The notes under the pieces are model-generated. The model was not told the DNA's origin, made no database searches, and saw only the letters and a program-made list of their open reading frames with translations. Shown piece by piece: positions 37,516 to 50,582 of a stretch of 64,000 nucleotides of DNA. The position numbers and the translations under genes were made by a program. This DNA comes from Bilabrum cf. latius (Eukaryota), in contig OZ237740.1 of the NCBI GenBank assembly GCA_965178125.1, positions 124,001 to 188,000 of the forward strand, given 5' to 3'. Every line of letters starts with the position of its first letter. Within the stretch, counting starts at the first letter, position 1.

Positions 37516-39764
37516 ATGTTTGCTAAACGCGTTTCGGCTGCTACTCGCTTGTTCCACCAGTCGGCCTCATGGATCAGCCGTGCAGGGCTGGGAACAGGGC
37601 TGGTTGGAACAATCGCGTTTGCTTCGCGCCACTCTACCTGCGCATCCCCTGATGGTGAGTTGGTATTTGCGTCGAATCTCATAGTCGAATATGCTTTGTA
37701 TTGAATGTTATGCCGAGCTGGGAATTCTATGGTTGTGTTCAATAGTTCGTGGTGATCAGTCAAATTCGTTCTCAACTACCACCCTCGCTGCTCACTCGCT
37801 GCCATCGCAGGGGAAATCAGCCAGAACGATGTTGCGAACATGTCAAAGACTGCCACTTCAAGTCCAGTATTCAAAATAGCAAGGAACACGACAGCCACTG
37901 ACCTTCAAGACGGTGGCGCGATGCTGGATCGCGATGTGTTTGCTCGTTCCAATCATGTGTTCAGCCATCTTGTTCCGAAGCAAGGTGAGTTATGAACACC
38001 ATCAAGGCACATAGCGTCATTAATACATAGTACGTGCACAGGTTCGCTGGTATTCCTCGTCAATTAACCGGCTCTGCAGGCAAGGCCACCAACCAGGCCT
38101 CGAGCGGGCGGTGCTGGCTGTTTGCGTACTTGAACCAGGTTCGGCAGCAGATGATGATCGACCTGGACCTGCCTGAATCGTTTGAGCTGAGCCAGAACTA
38201 TCTTTTCTTCTTTGACAAGCTGGAGCGGTGCAACTACGTGCTGGAGTGCTACATCCAGACGGCGGGGGAGGACCTCGATTCGAGGCGTGTCCAGCACCTC
38301 CTCAAGTCACCTACCGAGGACGGGGGGCAGTACAGCATGATCCAGGCAGTGGTATCCAAGTATGGGATTGTCCCCAAATCGGCCTACCCAGAGGCCACGG
38401 GCGGCTGCCGGTCCGTGCACATGCGCCGCGTGATGAACGTCAAGATGAGAGAGTTCTGCAAGGACCTGCGGGAGGCCGTGGCCCGAGGCGCCACGCGCAA
38501 GGAGCTCGACGCTATGAAGAAGGACATGATGGCGATCATCTATCGGATCCTCGCCACGCATCTGGGGGAGCCCCCGAAGAAGTTCGACTGGGAGTACGTG
38601 AACACCAAGAAGGTGAGCAGGCGATCAAGCAAGTGCTCGGCCATACCAGGCCCAAGCCGCTTGGCAAGCACGTGGTGTTGCAATCAGATGTCGGAGTTGC
38701 GACTGCTGCTCCAATACCATGCTCTCTTTCGTACATGGTTATGCCTTGAGCATGTTGCCTTTCTGCCCCAAGCCCCTGCCAGCGGTCCAGACTACCAAGC
38801 CCAAGCCTTCGATTCCACCTTCCCCCCTATCCCATGGGTCCATTGTTCGCAGGAGTACCACGAGGTCAGAGGCATCACACCGAAGGAGTTTGCCGAGAAA
38901 CACGCCGGGATGAGCAATGTGAAGAACTTCGTTTCTCTGGTGAACGATCCCAGGAACAAGTGAGCGCACGCAAGATTCAGCCGTTTCAGCACCTCTGCTC
39001 ACATGGTCCTTGCCAGAGGTCCATCCATGCCTGCAGTTGCCCCAATCGCCACACCAGTGGTTTACCCCCGCCTCCCCCCCCCCCCCCCTGTCTCGTCGCT
39101 GCGCAGGTTTTACCGCACCTACACGGTGGATATGCTCGGCAACGTTGTGGGGACCGACACTCCGGTGCTGTACCTCAACGTGCCCATGGACGTGCTCAAG
39201 CAGGTGGCCGCCACCGAGATCGCCGAGGGGAGGTCCGTCTGGTTCGGCAGCGACGTCGGCAAAGACTTCGTGAGGAAATACTCGATGCTCGGGCCCGAGT
39301 ACCAGGACATGGGGGAGGTGTACGGCACCACATCAGGGCTGGCTAAGGGAGACCGCCTCAGGTACGGGCAGAGTCTCATGACCCACGCTATGCTGCTGAC
39401 AGGGGTGCACGTGCCCGGATGCGGCACCCGGAAGGTGACAACCGGCAAGGGCAAGGACAAGGAGGCTGACGCCAGCAGCCCGATCGATGCCTCCAAGGTC
39501 ACCAAGTGGCGCATCCAGAACAGCTGGGGAACAAGGCTGGGCAACGAGGGCTACCTCACGGCCACGGATGCGTGGATGGACGAGTGGTGCTACCAGGTTG
39601 TCGTGGAGAAGCACAGGCTGCCAGAGAGGGCGAGGATTGCCCTAGAGACTGAACCCGTGGTGCTGCCGCCGTGGGACCCCATGGGGGCGCTTGCTGTCGG
39701 CTTCGAGGCGGAGGGGGAGCCCGTGGCCGAGGCTGCTGGGTCCGCTGGTGAAGGCAGGGAGTGA
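37516..39764 (+). CDS. BLMH: Bleomycin hydrolase / aminopeptidase C (peptidase C1B) with possible mitochondrial presequence
   Basis: Catalytic motifs NQASSGRCW, MTHAM, IQNSWG and PPWDPMGALA. GT-AG introns 37655-37810, 37985-38079, 38613-38852, 38960-39106. No TAG codons seen. Ends TGA. Confidence 0.92.
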
Positions 39765-39931
39765 TGCTTTGAGAAGCTACCACGTGGTGATGCATACTTG
39801 CATTGCATTGCGCTGCCATACAGCACGTTGGCTGTGGTCGGTGCCCTGAGCGCCGACTGGTCGACAACGAAAAACAACAGAAGCCTGTATCACTCAATCG
39901 AAGTACAGGCTCATACCCTGTAGCGACACAA

Positions 39932-40789
39932 TCAGTACCCGCCTCCACCGGCACCTGAGGTCCCAGCAGCTGCAGCCGATCCACCGGTGCCGCCCTCGCT
40001 CCCCCCAGCAGCAGCAGCTGCAGCTGCAGCAGAAGGGCCGGCCCCACTCGCGCCCTCAAGCTTCCTGGCGCTGTCAAAGGCAGCTACGGTCCTCTAGAAT
40101 TCGTCTCTTTTCTCCCCGCTGAGTTCCTTCGCGAGGTCCATGGCACTGAGTCCCTCGCCGTTCTTCCCGTGGGGGTCCCCCCTGTGGGAGAGGAGTATTC
40201 TCGTGAGGTTCACGTGTCCGCGCTTGGCGGCGACGTGGAAGGCGGACTCGCCGTCGCTGTCCAGCTGGGTAAGGTCGGCGCCGTGAGTGAGCAATTCCTC
40301 AAGGACGAGCTTGGCGCCGTTCTGGCAGGCGAGCATGGCGGGCGTGACGAGGGTGCCCGGCGCTGGGTTCTGCTTGGCGCCCGCCTCCAGCAGCGTCTTT
40401 ACCATGTCGATTCGATTGATCGCAACCGCGGTATGAAGTGGTGATGTGACATCTACGGGGCCTCCTAGGTCATTCGGGTCTGCTCCTGCGGACAGCAGCT
40501 GCCGAACACAGTAGTGGGAACCGACCCGAACGGCTAGCTTCAAGCAGGTCATAGAATCTTTATTGGACCGAAGGGCCAAGCTGAGGCTACCAGAATGCCT
40601 GCATTCTCCAATTTTATCCCTAAAGCCGTCCTCAGTCCCGTGAAGACATGCCATCCGAAGCTTGTCAACCTCTTTCGGGTAGTCCGCTCCGCTGTCGGCT
40701 CCAGGCACAAGCGTGTCTTGCGCCTAGGGAGAAGCGGCTGGCATATCCGACTGATAAAATTCATCGCTAGCTTTGGACTCAGATGCCAT
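39932..40789 (-). CDS. Ankyrin-repeat protein
   Basis: Repeats TSPLHTAV, TPAMLACQNG, SAFHVAAKRGH. ATG 40789, TAG at 40724 and 40094 read as sense, TGA 39932. Confidence 0.85.
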
Positions 40790-40825
40790 GGTCTTCCGAT
40801 ATAGACAGTTCTGTGCATTTACTTT

Positions 40826-41259
40826 ATACAGAAATACAGAAATACATTGTTGGGTAAAGATTCCATAAACACCCAGATGCACCGTTGCCCCCGAGGGGGT
40901 TTGGGTGATCACCTAGATCCAGAGGAGCCCTAAAAACAAAGGACTACAAGACCCCCGGCCCTTTCAGGCCAAAGGCCCCCCGTTCTCAGCCTATGCCGCC
41001 GAGTTCCCATTCTTCGCCATCAGTGTGGTCCCCCACAGGCCCCCTTAAAATACAGAAATACAGAAATACATTGTTGGGTAAAGATTCCACAAGCACCCAG
41101 ATGCACCGTTGCCCCCGAAGGAGTTCGAGTGATCACCTGAATCCAGAGGAGTCCTCAAACAAGGACTACAAGACCCCCGACCCTTTCAGGCCAAAGGCCC
41201 CCCAATCTCAGCCTACACCGCCGAGTCCCCTTTATTCGCCATCAATGTGGTCCCCCACA
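40826..41259. repeat. Imperfect tandem duplication, 2 copies, period ~224 bp
   Basis: Both copies (starting 40826 and 41050) begin ATACAGAAATACAGAAATACATTGTTGGGTAAAGATTCCA and end near TGTGGTCCCCCACA. Confidence 0.92.
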
Positions 41260-41278
41260 AGCCCTCAGCCTGATGCCT

Positions 41279-41716
41279 TCACAGGGAGAAAGCATACAGG
41301 TGCGGAGCATGTGCCCGGCACAAAGCGCGGTCCAGTCCCACATCAGGGTCCCCTGCCGAGACCCACCATTTCCTCCTCCATGACCGTCTCTGCGTCTCAC
41401 GGTCCTTCAGAGAGGCTAGCATGCACGCGCTCATGCCTTTGGCCCATTGCCTCTCTATGTCCCTTAGCAAGCCGTGGGGCTTAAACATCCGTCGCTGTAG
41501 CCGAGCGTTCGCATTGGTTGCCGCTATCAGCTCTTGCGTGGCCGTGGCGGCAAGAGCAGCCGCCGCATCGCCTCGCATCCACTGCCTGCACGTCAGCTAC
41601 TCCTGCTAGCGCAGCTGGTTCCTGATCACCTGCACCACTCGGTTGGCCAGCTCCTTGACAGCTGTCCGTTCCGATGACCGCGCAATCGTACGCTCTATCC
41701 CCTTCGTGTGGTGCAT
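41279..41716 (-). CDS. Hypothetical 145-aa protein visible only with TAG=Gln
   Basis: ATG 41716, MHHTKGIERTIARSSERTAVKELANRVVQVIRNQLR*QE*LTCRQW..., TAG at 41606 and 41597, TGA 41279. Divergent from the transporter start about 100 bp away. No homology recognised. Confidence 0.4.
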
Positions 41717-41814
41717 TGTACAGTGTACTTAATTGGCAACGGTATTTGGTCTGTTTCTGCACTTTGTGCCGTTCTCCTCGCTGATCCAGTGAATATACGA
41801 TATTTTTTTCAAGT

Positions 41815-43965
41815 ATGGACTTATGTGCTGAACTATTACATGCACAGGCCGAGCTTAGTGGGCGAGGAATATCTAGGAAAGCTCGGATTGAGCTGGCAAG
41901 TGCGACTCGGCGTAATTCTGCAGTTGTCTCGTAGCCGGGCTCATCCTCAGCTGTAAGAGAAGTAAATACCCCGAATCCACTTCTAGCAGAATCTACATCA
42001 GGTAAGATTGGTACCGGATCTCTGTATGAGGCTGTATGCGTCGATGTGGAGTTCGATGTGCACATTTCTCGCTGTGCGTCCCGATAGTATTGCAGGTACA
42101 GACGATGATGACCAGCCCAAGTACTCGGATACGAACCAGCAAGATGAAGAGTCAATGTCATGGCACGTGCAACTTGCGTGGTTCTTTGCTGCAACGGGTC
42201 AGATGGCCTCGTGGACAGCGATGGGCGCTTTCATCAGTCTCTTTCGCCTAAACTTTGGCGACAGCATCCAGCTGGAGCTAAACCTGAGCTACTTCTTGCC
42301 AGCGTTTCCTATGCTTATCGCTACAATCACGCTGGTTCCGCGGTTGGATCGTGTTACGGGCCATTTCGTCGGTTTGGGAAGCAGGATCGGCATCTGCATG
42401 CTCGCCCTCGCTCTGCTCATGTTCGTGTTTCCGACGGCCGTAGCACAGCACGGTAAAGCATGGGTGATGGCATGTTCTGCGCTGATTGGAATCTTCGGGG
42501 GTCTTGCATACGGAAGCATGTTTGCTCTGGTGAGAGAGTCGGTGGTGTGCTTGCTGCATGTTTTCGGCACCGCTGGCAGCCTGCAGTGGTGCCCGTTGTT
42601 GACCCGGGGCGTGCTTACCTCGAATAAACCGCGCATTTAGTTTAGCTTCTTGCCGGTGATTGCGCGCTCTTCCGATTTGGGGCTCGCGCTGGTCGCACCA
42701 GCTGCTGCTAGTCTGGTCGCACGCACCCCCTCCCCAACCCGATCTGATCCGATCCGATCCGATCCCACCCGCAGAACTCCATGTTCCCCAGACAAGCCAG
42801 CGCTGTGTTTTCAATGGGGCTGTTTGCCCCCGGGTTCTTCTACCTGGCCCTGCACCAAATCACCGGCTTTGCCCGGGAGAGCCCCGTCCCAGAGTGGAAG
42901 AGGTCGCTGCATTGGTACTTTGGGGGCGTGCTCACCATCGTGGGCCTCGCCGCGGGCATGTATCTGCTCTTCTCTGAGCAGGGTAAGGACTTGTGCGACC
43001 AGATGGACGAGCAGTGCGGCATCAAGGGAAGCGGTAGCAGCGGCAGCAACGGCGACGGGAGCTCAGCAGGCGCCCAAGGTGCGAAGCACGCCCGCATCGA
43101 TGGAAGGCACACGGAGGACTGGGCGGGGGACTCCAAGGAGGACCCAAGGAACAAGAGGTCGACAGGCGGGGATCTCGAGCAGGGCAACACGGGCCGAGGT
43201 GACAACTCGGGGAACAGGCAGGAGCGCCGCCGGTCCACTGTCCGTTTGGAGAACCTGGGTCCAGACGTGGGCGCAGCCGTGGCCTCGTCACACCCCGAGG
43301 GCGCCTACGGCACAATGAGTAGGGATGCTGGCAGGGCCATGGGCATGGGAGGTGACGAGGAGGAGAAGGATGAGGAGGACCGGCGGCAGCAGACTGACGG
43401 GAAGGGCGATAGCTCAGACCAGAAGCAGCTCCTGTCCGGGGACAGCCGCAGCAGTGCCAGCAGCAGCGGAGATGATGCCGGGTCCATGAAGGCGGTTGCA
43501 ACCTCTATCTGGCAGTCGCTGCTATCCATCTTCGCGTCCATCTTTGTGATCGTGTGCATCACGTCCTTCTTCACTGTGGTGCCCTCGGACAACGTCCAGC
43601 TCCCCGTGATTTTGTTCTACGTCAAGAACGGGGCCGATTTCGCGGGCAGGTGCGCATCGCTGCTCCCTTTCTCCATTGAGAACCAGTGGCACTTGCTGTG
43701 GGCGGTGGCAGCTAGGTGCCTCCTGTTTCCGGTCTTCTTCATCTACACGCTTACTCCCGCGTTCGGACGCTCGGACATACTCATCATCATGATCGTGGCC
43801 ATCTCGTCCGTGACTTCGGGCTGGGTGAACACGCAGTGCTACATGGTCGCAAGTGCTTCTGTCAAGGCTGAGCACAAGCCCACGGCAGCGGGTCTGATGA
43901 ATCTCGTGTTCCAGACGAGCATTTTGGCGTCCCTCGGCGCATCGATTGGACTGCTTCAGGTCTGA
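41815..43965 (+). CDS. Equilibrative nucleoside transporter (ENT/SLC29)-like protein
   Basis: Multiple TM helices; YGSMFAL|NSMFP, DFAGR, TSGWVNT...AAGLMNL. Introns 42002-42095 and 42530-42774. TAG 41932 lies in the inferred first exon. Ends TGA. Confidence 0.8.
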
Positions 43966-44357
43966 GGAATGTGCTCGATTCATCTTCTAGCGATCACCTG
44001 GATGACCCAGCCATCACAGTAGAGTGGCTGGTCCTTGCGTCTTGTAGTTCGGGTCTTGGGGCCACACTTTGCGTCATTTCTTGGGTGGCGGCGCAGCTGC
44101 TTCGTGCCTCCTTCTCGCACCGCTTGGTCGCAAACCACCAGCGACTCGGAGCGAGCGGGGCACGAGGGGCTAGCTGCACCTCACCCGTTTGGCTGCGGAA
44201 TGACGCAATGCATGGTGTCTCTTGAGTCCGTATGCTTGCATTTGTAAAACCTAATTACGGCACATTTATTTGGTGCATCGGCTCGTCCAAATCCCTGGTG
44301 TGAATCAGCCCGCAAGTCACAAGGAAGGGTTCAGCAGCAGCAAGCCAAAACCGCATG

Positions 44358-47167
44358 TCAGCTCGCCAGCTCATCAGCAAGAGCAGCGATCTCGGGCCCA
44401 TTCCTCCTCAATGCACCAGCCTGTTGGCCCCGCATGACCCCCTCGAGCAACGCCCTCACCGCACCCCTGTGTTCCCCAGAGCACTCCGCCATCTCCCTCA
44501 GCCACCCGGCAAGGAATCGCACCGCGTCACCGTCCACGTCCCCCCCTCCTTCCGCTGGAGCCCCGCTGTCATCCACCAGCAGCTCCACCGCGTCCTGCAG
44601 CGCGCCCAGCACAGCCGGCCCTGAGCCATACACAGCCACCAATCGTACTGCCTCCGCCGCGAGCCCGATGGTCTCCGCCCTCGTCATGCCCTCCAGCACG
44701 TGGTCTAGCAGCGGCTCGAAACAGGCCTTCTCTAGCGCTGGCGGGATCGCCCACTCGGGGTCCCTTTCACCACCCCCTTCACCACTTTCACCACCCTCCC
44801 CGTCCTTGCGCTCCCCCTCCCCCTCACCCCCCTGCTCTCCATGCCCCTGCTGCTCCTCGGGCCGCAGCAGCGCCACAAGCAGCTGCAGGTGCGCAGGGGA
44901 CAAGGACAGGGAAGGGTCCTCCCCTGCGCGTGCCAGCTCCCGAGCCACCGTCTCGGCGGGCCACGTGGCCGCCGCGGGGGGCAGGGTGAAGACGGCACCC
45001 GAGGCCCCGGTCAGCGGGAGGCTCCTCGGCTCCGTCTCTGCCTCGAGTGCAGCTACCCTGTCCTGTTCGTCAAGGGCCAGCACAGCGCGGACGAAGGAGG
45101 GGACAATCGATTCCGGGTAGTTGTGCAGCGCGTCGGCGGCGAATGCCACTGCTGCCCTGCCCACGATGGGCCCCGCCGCTGCCTCCAGCACCCGCACCAG
45201 CATGCCCTGCACCACCTCCATGTTCCCCCTCATGGCATCGTCCCCTTCCGTCGCCGCAGGAGGCACCACGGCCAGCAACTGTCCAGCGGCAAGCGCCACC
45301 TGAACCCTGACTTCCCACCAGGATGCATCTGACGCCAGGGCACGAAGCGAGGACAGCCTCTGCGCCGCGGCTCTGGGGTCTGCTGGAATCACGGCCGCGA
45401 TAATCCCGACAGCCGCTGCCCTGAGCTGCGGAGAGGAAGACGTGCCCCCGATGCCTGCGTAGTACAGATACGCCTCCGCCAAATCCCTGTCCATGTCCGG
45501 CTCCAGAAAGGACAGCACCGCCACGCAGTGCAGGAAGGCCCTCTGATCCTTGAGAGAATCGCGGAGGGAGCCCACGGCAGCCTTCCTACTCTTGGTGTCA
45601 CGGGGGGTGAAAGCGTACAGCACGCGGAGCACGCCCACTCGCTTGGTTGCCTGTGTCCTGAGCACAGGCAGCAGGCCAGGCAGCTGCAGATCCCGGAACA
45701 GGGACTGCGCCCCGCGCGCGTCTAGCCGAATCAGCGCTGCGCCCGCCCTTACCATTGCATCCGAGGCCGCGGCCCACGTAGCGCTGGAGCTGGGCAAACC
45801 GGCAAGAAGTGCGTTCACCAGGGAACACAGCTGCAGAAACGCACGGGGCGCGCCCGCGCAAGCCTCGGCGAGCTCCCCCGCCCTCTCTCCCACGCGGTGC
45901 ATGACCCGGGCCGCGTGCGAGTCGGGGAACTCTCGCTCCCCGATCAGCGCGTCCACGAAGGAATCGCTGGGACTGGAACCGGACCCAGCCCCCGATCCCT
46001 CCAGCAGCCCTTCCGACCCTGTCCCCTCCAGACCCTCCCTCACGCACTGGTCGAGCAGCCTCACCACAGCAGCAGACGCAGCCGCGCCCGCCGCTAGAAT
46101 CGCGTCTGGATCCGCAGCAAGAGCACCAGCTGGCGAGAGGCGCCCCGCACTAGAAGCAGCGGCGGCAGCATACCCGCTCCCTGCCGCAGGCACCTATCCC
46201 CCTGTGGCATGCATCGCCGCCAGGGCACCAGCCGCTCGCCCCCCGGGAGCAGCAGCAGCCGCAGCAGCAGAAGAAGCAGAAGCAGAAGCAGAAGAAGCGC
46301 CCCCGGCAGCCGCCTGCGCCTCCCTCTGCGCCCGCAACCGAGCCACCTCTCCTTCTTCCGCTCCCTCCATTCCCTCCACCTGCACCCGCTTCACCTGCAC
46401 CCTCCTCATCCCCGGCCCTTGTTCCCTGGACATGGCTCTAGGGGCGGCGCCGCGCATGACCCTGTGGGCCTCCCGTGCCCTGACCGTCAGGGGCACGTAC
46501 CTGCTGGGATCCTCCGCCCTGTCCCTCTACAGCTGGGTCTGGTGGGCCTTTAGGGCCTCTTCCATGATGGCGTGCCTGGCCTCTGCGTCGCTGACCATGG
46601 CGATCCTGGGCTCCCTAGAGGCCTGGTGGATGGCTCGGCTCGCCGTGTCCCTGGCGTACGCAGGGGCAGAGGACGCGATGCGGGCCTGGGCGGCCGGACC
46701 AGAGAGTGGGGGCAGCTGTTTGTGTGTGAGCATTTCGTAGATCCTTTCTATAAATTCGATGGCGGCGTGGCCCCGAGAGTGGACGATGTCTTCCACGTCG
46801 GCTTCCGTCACGGGGCGGCCACCCGGCCGGATGTCATTCTTGGCGAAGAAACGGAGCAGCTGCGCCCAATTATCCCGCTTCACGCTGATAGACGTCCCAT
46901 TGTCAAAGCCGTGAAGCTGAACTTTACTCCCGTAGTATCTCTCGAAAATCTCCGCGACGTTGAAACCGTTCGCAAAGTCCCTGCAGTGACATTTGTAGCG
47001 CACAGCGGTCCAAGCCAGCGAAGTACAATAACCTGAATAATATATTTTCAGACGTGCTTTCCGAGTCCTTCTCACCTCTTGGCGTTCTTGATCGAATACG
47101 TAAGGTCTAGGGATTGGATCCACTTGAGTACCTATCTGCGCAACGATGACGGTCCCCGGCTGGCCAT
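44358..47167 (-). CDS. SPATA4/SPEF1-like CH-domain protein with HEAT/ARM-like C-terminus
   Basis: MASRGPSSLRR*VLKWIQSLDLTYSIKNAKR|DFANGFNVAEIF...FDNGTS...DNWAQL. Intron 47075-46981. TAG at 47132, 46527, 46194. TGA 44358. Confidence 0.85.
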
Positions 47168-47563
47168 TTCGCAATCAATGGACTTTACGTAGAATTTCTT
47201 GGTTTGGAGCTAGGAAACTAGCCTGGTGTATGACTGGTTCAGGCTGGGTACTGACAATCAGTCCCAACTCGGATCGACAACGGATAGCACTCGTCACATC
47301 GAAATCTGGACAACGCCGACGCGCGCACAGGCAGGTGGTGCATTGATATTTAATCAGAATAGTATGCCTGTGTCATAGGTGTGCCGGGCGGCTAGCGTGG
47401 GCGTTGGCGGGAGGGGGCGTGGGGGCATGTAGAGTGGCAGCACCATGGCTGCTGTTGGAATGCACGTGATGTGGGTGGCGGCTGGCGAGCTGTTGGTGCT
47501 GTAGACTACTGTGCTTGTGGATAGGGCAAGTGCGGTCGGCACTGGTACACTCGCACACACCGA

Positions 47564-48838
47564 TCAATTGATCCACCCCCCAACGTGACACCCCGCACCG
47601 CAGTCGAGCCCGCCGCACGCATCGATCCACTCCCTGCTCGGCAATCCCGGGCCCTCGTTCGACCAGCCCAGCAACTACTCTAGCGCTGTGCTCATCGTCA
47701 CTGCCGGCCCCACAGTCCCTGTATTCTGGGCTTGGTCGCACGTGTTCTGGCTGAATCCGCTGGTGGATAGGCTCGTGCAGTGGCTGTAGCAGGACCAGGA
47801 AAAGACTGCGTTCGAGGCGACCGCGTGCCCGCTGGGAAGCGTCACGGGATTCCCGCGCCAGTTGCGACGAATGCTGTCGATCAAGTGCTCGGTCCGGTTG
47901 GAGAAATCCGCGGCGTACGCGAGCTCAGCGCTGCTCGAGGGCCGGTGGCCGATGCTCGTTCCTAGCTGGAATGCGTCATCCCTGGATGCAACGAGGAGAT
48001 AGGGCGTCGTCAGGTAAGGCATCCTGTACTGCCCGAACATGCACTTCCAGCCGTCGTCGCCGGGGTGGTCCTTTGAGCAATGCTCGCCCAAATGCGTGAC
48101 GTTCGCGATCGAATGCACCGCCTGCGTCACAGCGCGGAAGCCGGGAAATGAGCTGCCCTGGAACGGAGGGATGTCAACCCACAGCGGAGAGTCCATGAAA
48201 CCGACGACAGCGATGCTATCGGGATCTGCCCCGGCTTCGGCGAGCATCTGCGGTACGTAGTCCATGTGTATCATCGCCCCGCGGGATCCGGCCGATCCGC
48301 CAGCGAACAAGAGCATTTCCGAAGGAATGCCATCCACACGACCGGAAGAAGGATGAGCTCCGAGCCCCTTGCTCTTCACCAGGTCTCGTATGACGGCCTT
48401 AACGACGCGATTTCCTCGGAACTGCCATCCGTTGAGCGCAGCTGCATCTCCCATGTGCCCGTCCGAAGTGCAGTATCTTACGTAAACAAGGTTCGCCGCC
48501 GCCAGCCTGTCGTCATGCACAGGGTTGAAAATCCCCCCGGGAGAAAAAGTACTGCCCCACTATTTCGAGCTGCACAGAGTTTTGCTGGGGTCCGGATTGG
48601 ATACGGGGCCACACCGCCCTTGGCAGCTTGCTTCGTCCCAGCACCAGCCCCCTGGCTCCATATACACCAACCAGTCGGTCGAATGGGTTGCGGATGCCTT
48701 GAAGTAGTACCCTGCTTCGCTGCCATCCATGCAAACCGCGAGTGGATCGACGTGAGCCAGGGACTGCAATGCCAGCTCGGTGCCGCTCACAAGGCATCCA
48801 AGGGCAGCCGCGAAGCTAATTTGCATAATTGTCTTCAT
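47564..48838 (-). CDS. Secreted pectin acetylesterase/Notum-family hydrolase
   Basis: Signal peptide, AVCMDGS.AGYY, EPGGWC, YVRYCTSD, GGSAG nucleophile motif, and C-terminal WIDACGGLDC reached only by reading through TAG 48560 and 47675. Ends TGA 47564. Confidence 0.85.
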
Positions 48839-49036
48839 AATGATCGCAATTTCGCGGAGCGTATCTGCGGTTTGTGACAGCAAGTGACGGGATAGATCCA
48901 CTGGCCTAGTTGCAGTCTCGGCGTCGTCACACAAACGCTGGATTCTCGAACCTTGTATTCGATCTCTCGCGCGAGCACTAGCAGTCGCCCACTTCAAATA
49001 TCGGCCTAGCAAGAAAGAGAATCCGCGGTCCAATAT

Positions 49037-50356
49037 TCACAGCGCGGACCGTGCTGCCGCAGCCGTTCTCCACACGTGTGTCGCTTCGATTGGCTGCCCC
49101 TCGAGCAAGTCATCAACGTCCATGCCCTCTAGAGATACCCCCTTTCCCTGCGGTGGCCCATCACCTCTGTTCGAGTGACGAGTGCAATGGGCGAGCATGT
49201 CGTGCAGCAGGTGCCTCGCAGCGTCGCAGTCGCACCCAGCCGTGCCGAGCCCGGCTTTCACGTCGGTGTCCACCGCCCCCGCCCCCGACCCCAAGGCGGG
49301 GTCATACGACGACCCCCCATGACCCCCAGAGGTCTCCTTGCAGCATGGGTCAAGCCCCTGCGATGCACCCAATGCCGACCTGCGCCATAGCCCGCGCAGC
49401 AGCATGGGGCGCAGGACGGCAGCGCCTCTGCTGCTGCTGCTGCTGCCGTGCTGCTCGCCCCAGAGTACTTGCTCCGCAACAGTGCAGCGCTCGCCCCCAC
49501 GCAGCGCCACGTCGCGGGCCGATTCCCTTACCGAACGTTCTCTGGCCGAGGGAACCCCGAGCGGGGATTCGCGCAGCTTGGAGGTCTGGGATCTACCTTC
49601 TTGCTGGTGCTCACTCCGAGCACTTGCTCCGTGCTCGCTTGTAGCGCCTGCTGCCCACGCGACTGCCATCCTGCTGGACGGCGTAAACCAGCGCCGGGCT
49701 GAATCCGCTTCCATCGCACGCTGCAGTCTACTCCCAAGCTCTGGCACGTCTGTTTGAACAAACAGGGGCGTGCCAGGTGCGAGCGCGGCGGCCAGTCGGG
49801 TCACGAAAGGCGGCCTGAGGACCTGCCTCCTGCGGTGGCGGTGCTTGAGGACAGGATCCGGGTGAAGGATCACAACTCCAGCAATGCGTCTTGCCGCAAA
49901 TATTGGAGGTCTATGAGATTGCATGGCTGTACCAGAACAGGGATCGCGGATTGCCTGCGCAACCGCCTCCATCGCGAGGTGAGGGTTCGTCTGCGTGATC
50001 CCGCACGCCTTCTTCATTGGGCCACTGAGCATGTCGAAATACTGACGGGCCTTTGAAACCATACTGCGCCGAATTTCCATGCCGTAGCCGGCCCAAGGGA
50101 CTGATGCAGAGCGATTGTCAGCCTCGCCCGACCGCAATGCCCCAACTGCCTCTGCGAGCCAAGCACCATCTGATGAGCCAATCTCAAGCACTATAGGCCC
50201 GCCACATGAACCATCAACTGATTTAGGCACGCTCCCCTAGTCAACCCAATATAGGTGTTTCGCATGAGGGTTTACATGATTTCTTGCCCTCGTACCCAGC
50301 CATCGGGCATTTTGCCGCAATCTGTGGGGTTTATGCGATAGAAGCCGACTCATCAT
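49037..50356 (-). CDS. tRNA (guanine-N7)-methyltransferase TrmB-like
   Basis: The N-terminal RARNHVNP lies upstream of TAG 50237. Then LEIGSSDG, GMEIR, HPDPVLKHRHRRR, VQTDVPEL. Ends TGA. Confidence 0.8.
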
Positions 50357-50582
50357 TTTTTAAGTATTGCATATGCCGGGAAATTTCGAGACAATACGTT
50401 GCTGCTGCAACACACAAGGAGCCCAGACAGTTTGAATGCTTCCGGGTTGCAGGGTTGCAGTTGCACAGAAGTGTAGATCACGACCGGCTTACAAAATATA
50501 CAGTCAAAGACACATCATGGATGAAACCAGACTACTTGTACAGACTGGCTCCCACCACCGCGCTTCAGAGAGACCCGATTGC

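Noticed and set aside
38613-38852. 80-aa insertion in bleomycin hydrolase suggested by the ORF track
   Set aside because: It is bounded by GTGAGC and TCGCAG, and removal restores continuity of the family sequence. It is best read as a 240-nt intron that happens to lack stops.
2291-41259. Tandem repeats as CRISPR arrays
   Set aside because: They are head-to-tail without unique spacers, there are no cas genes, and the context is eukaryotic.
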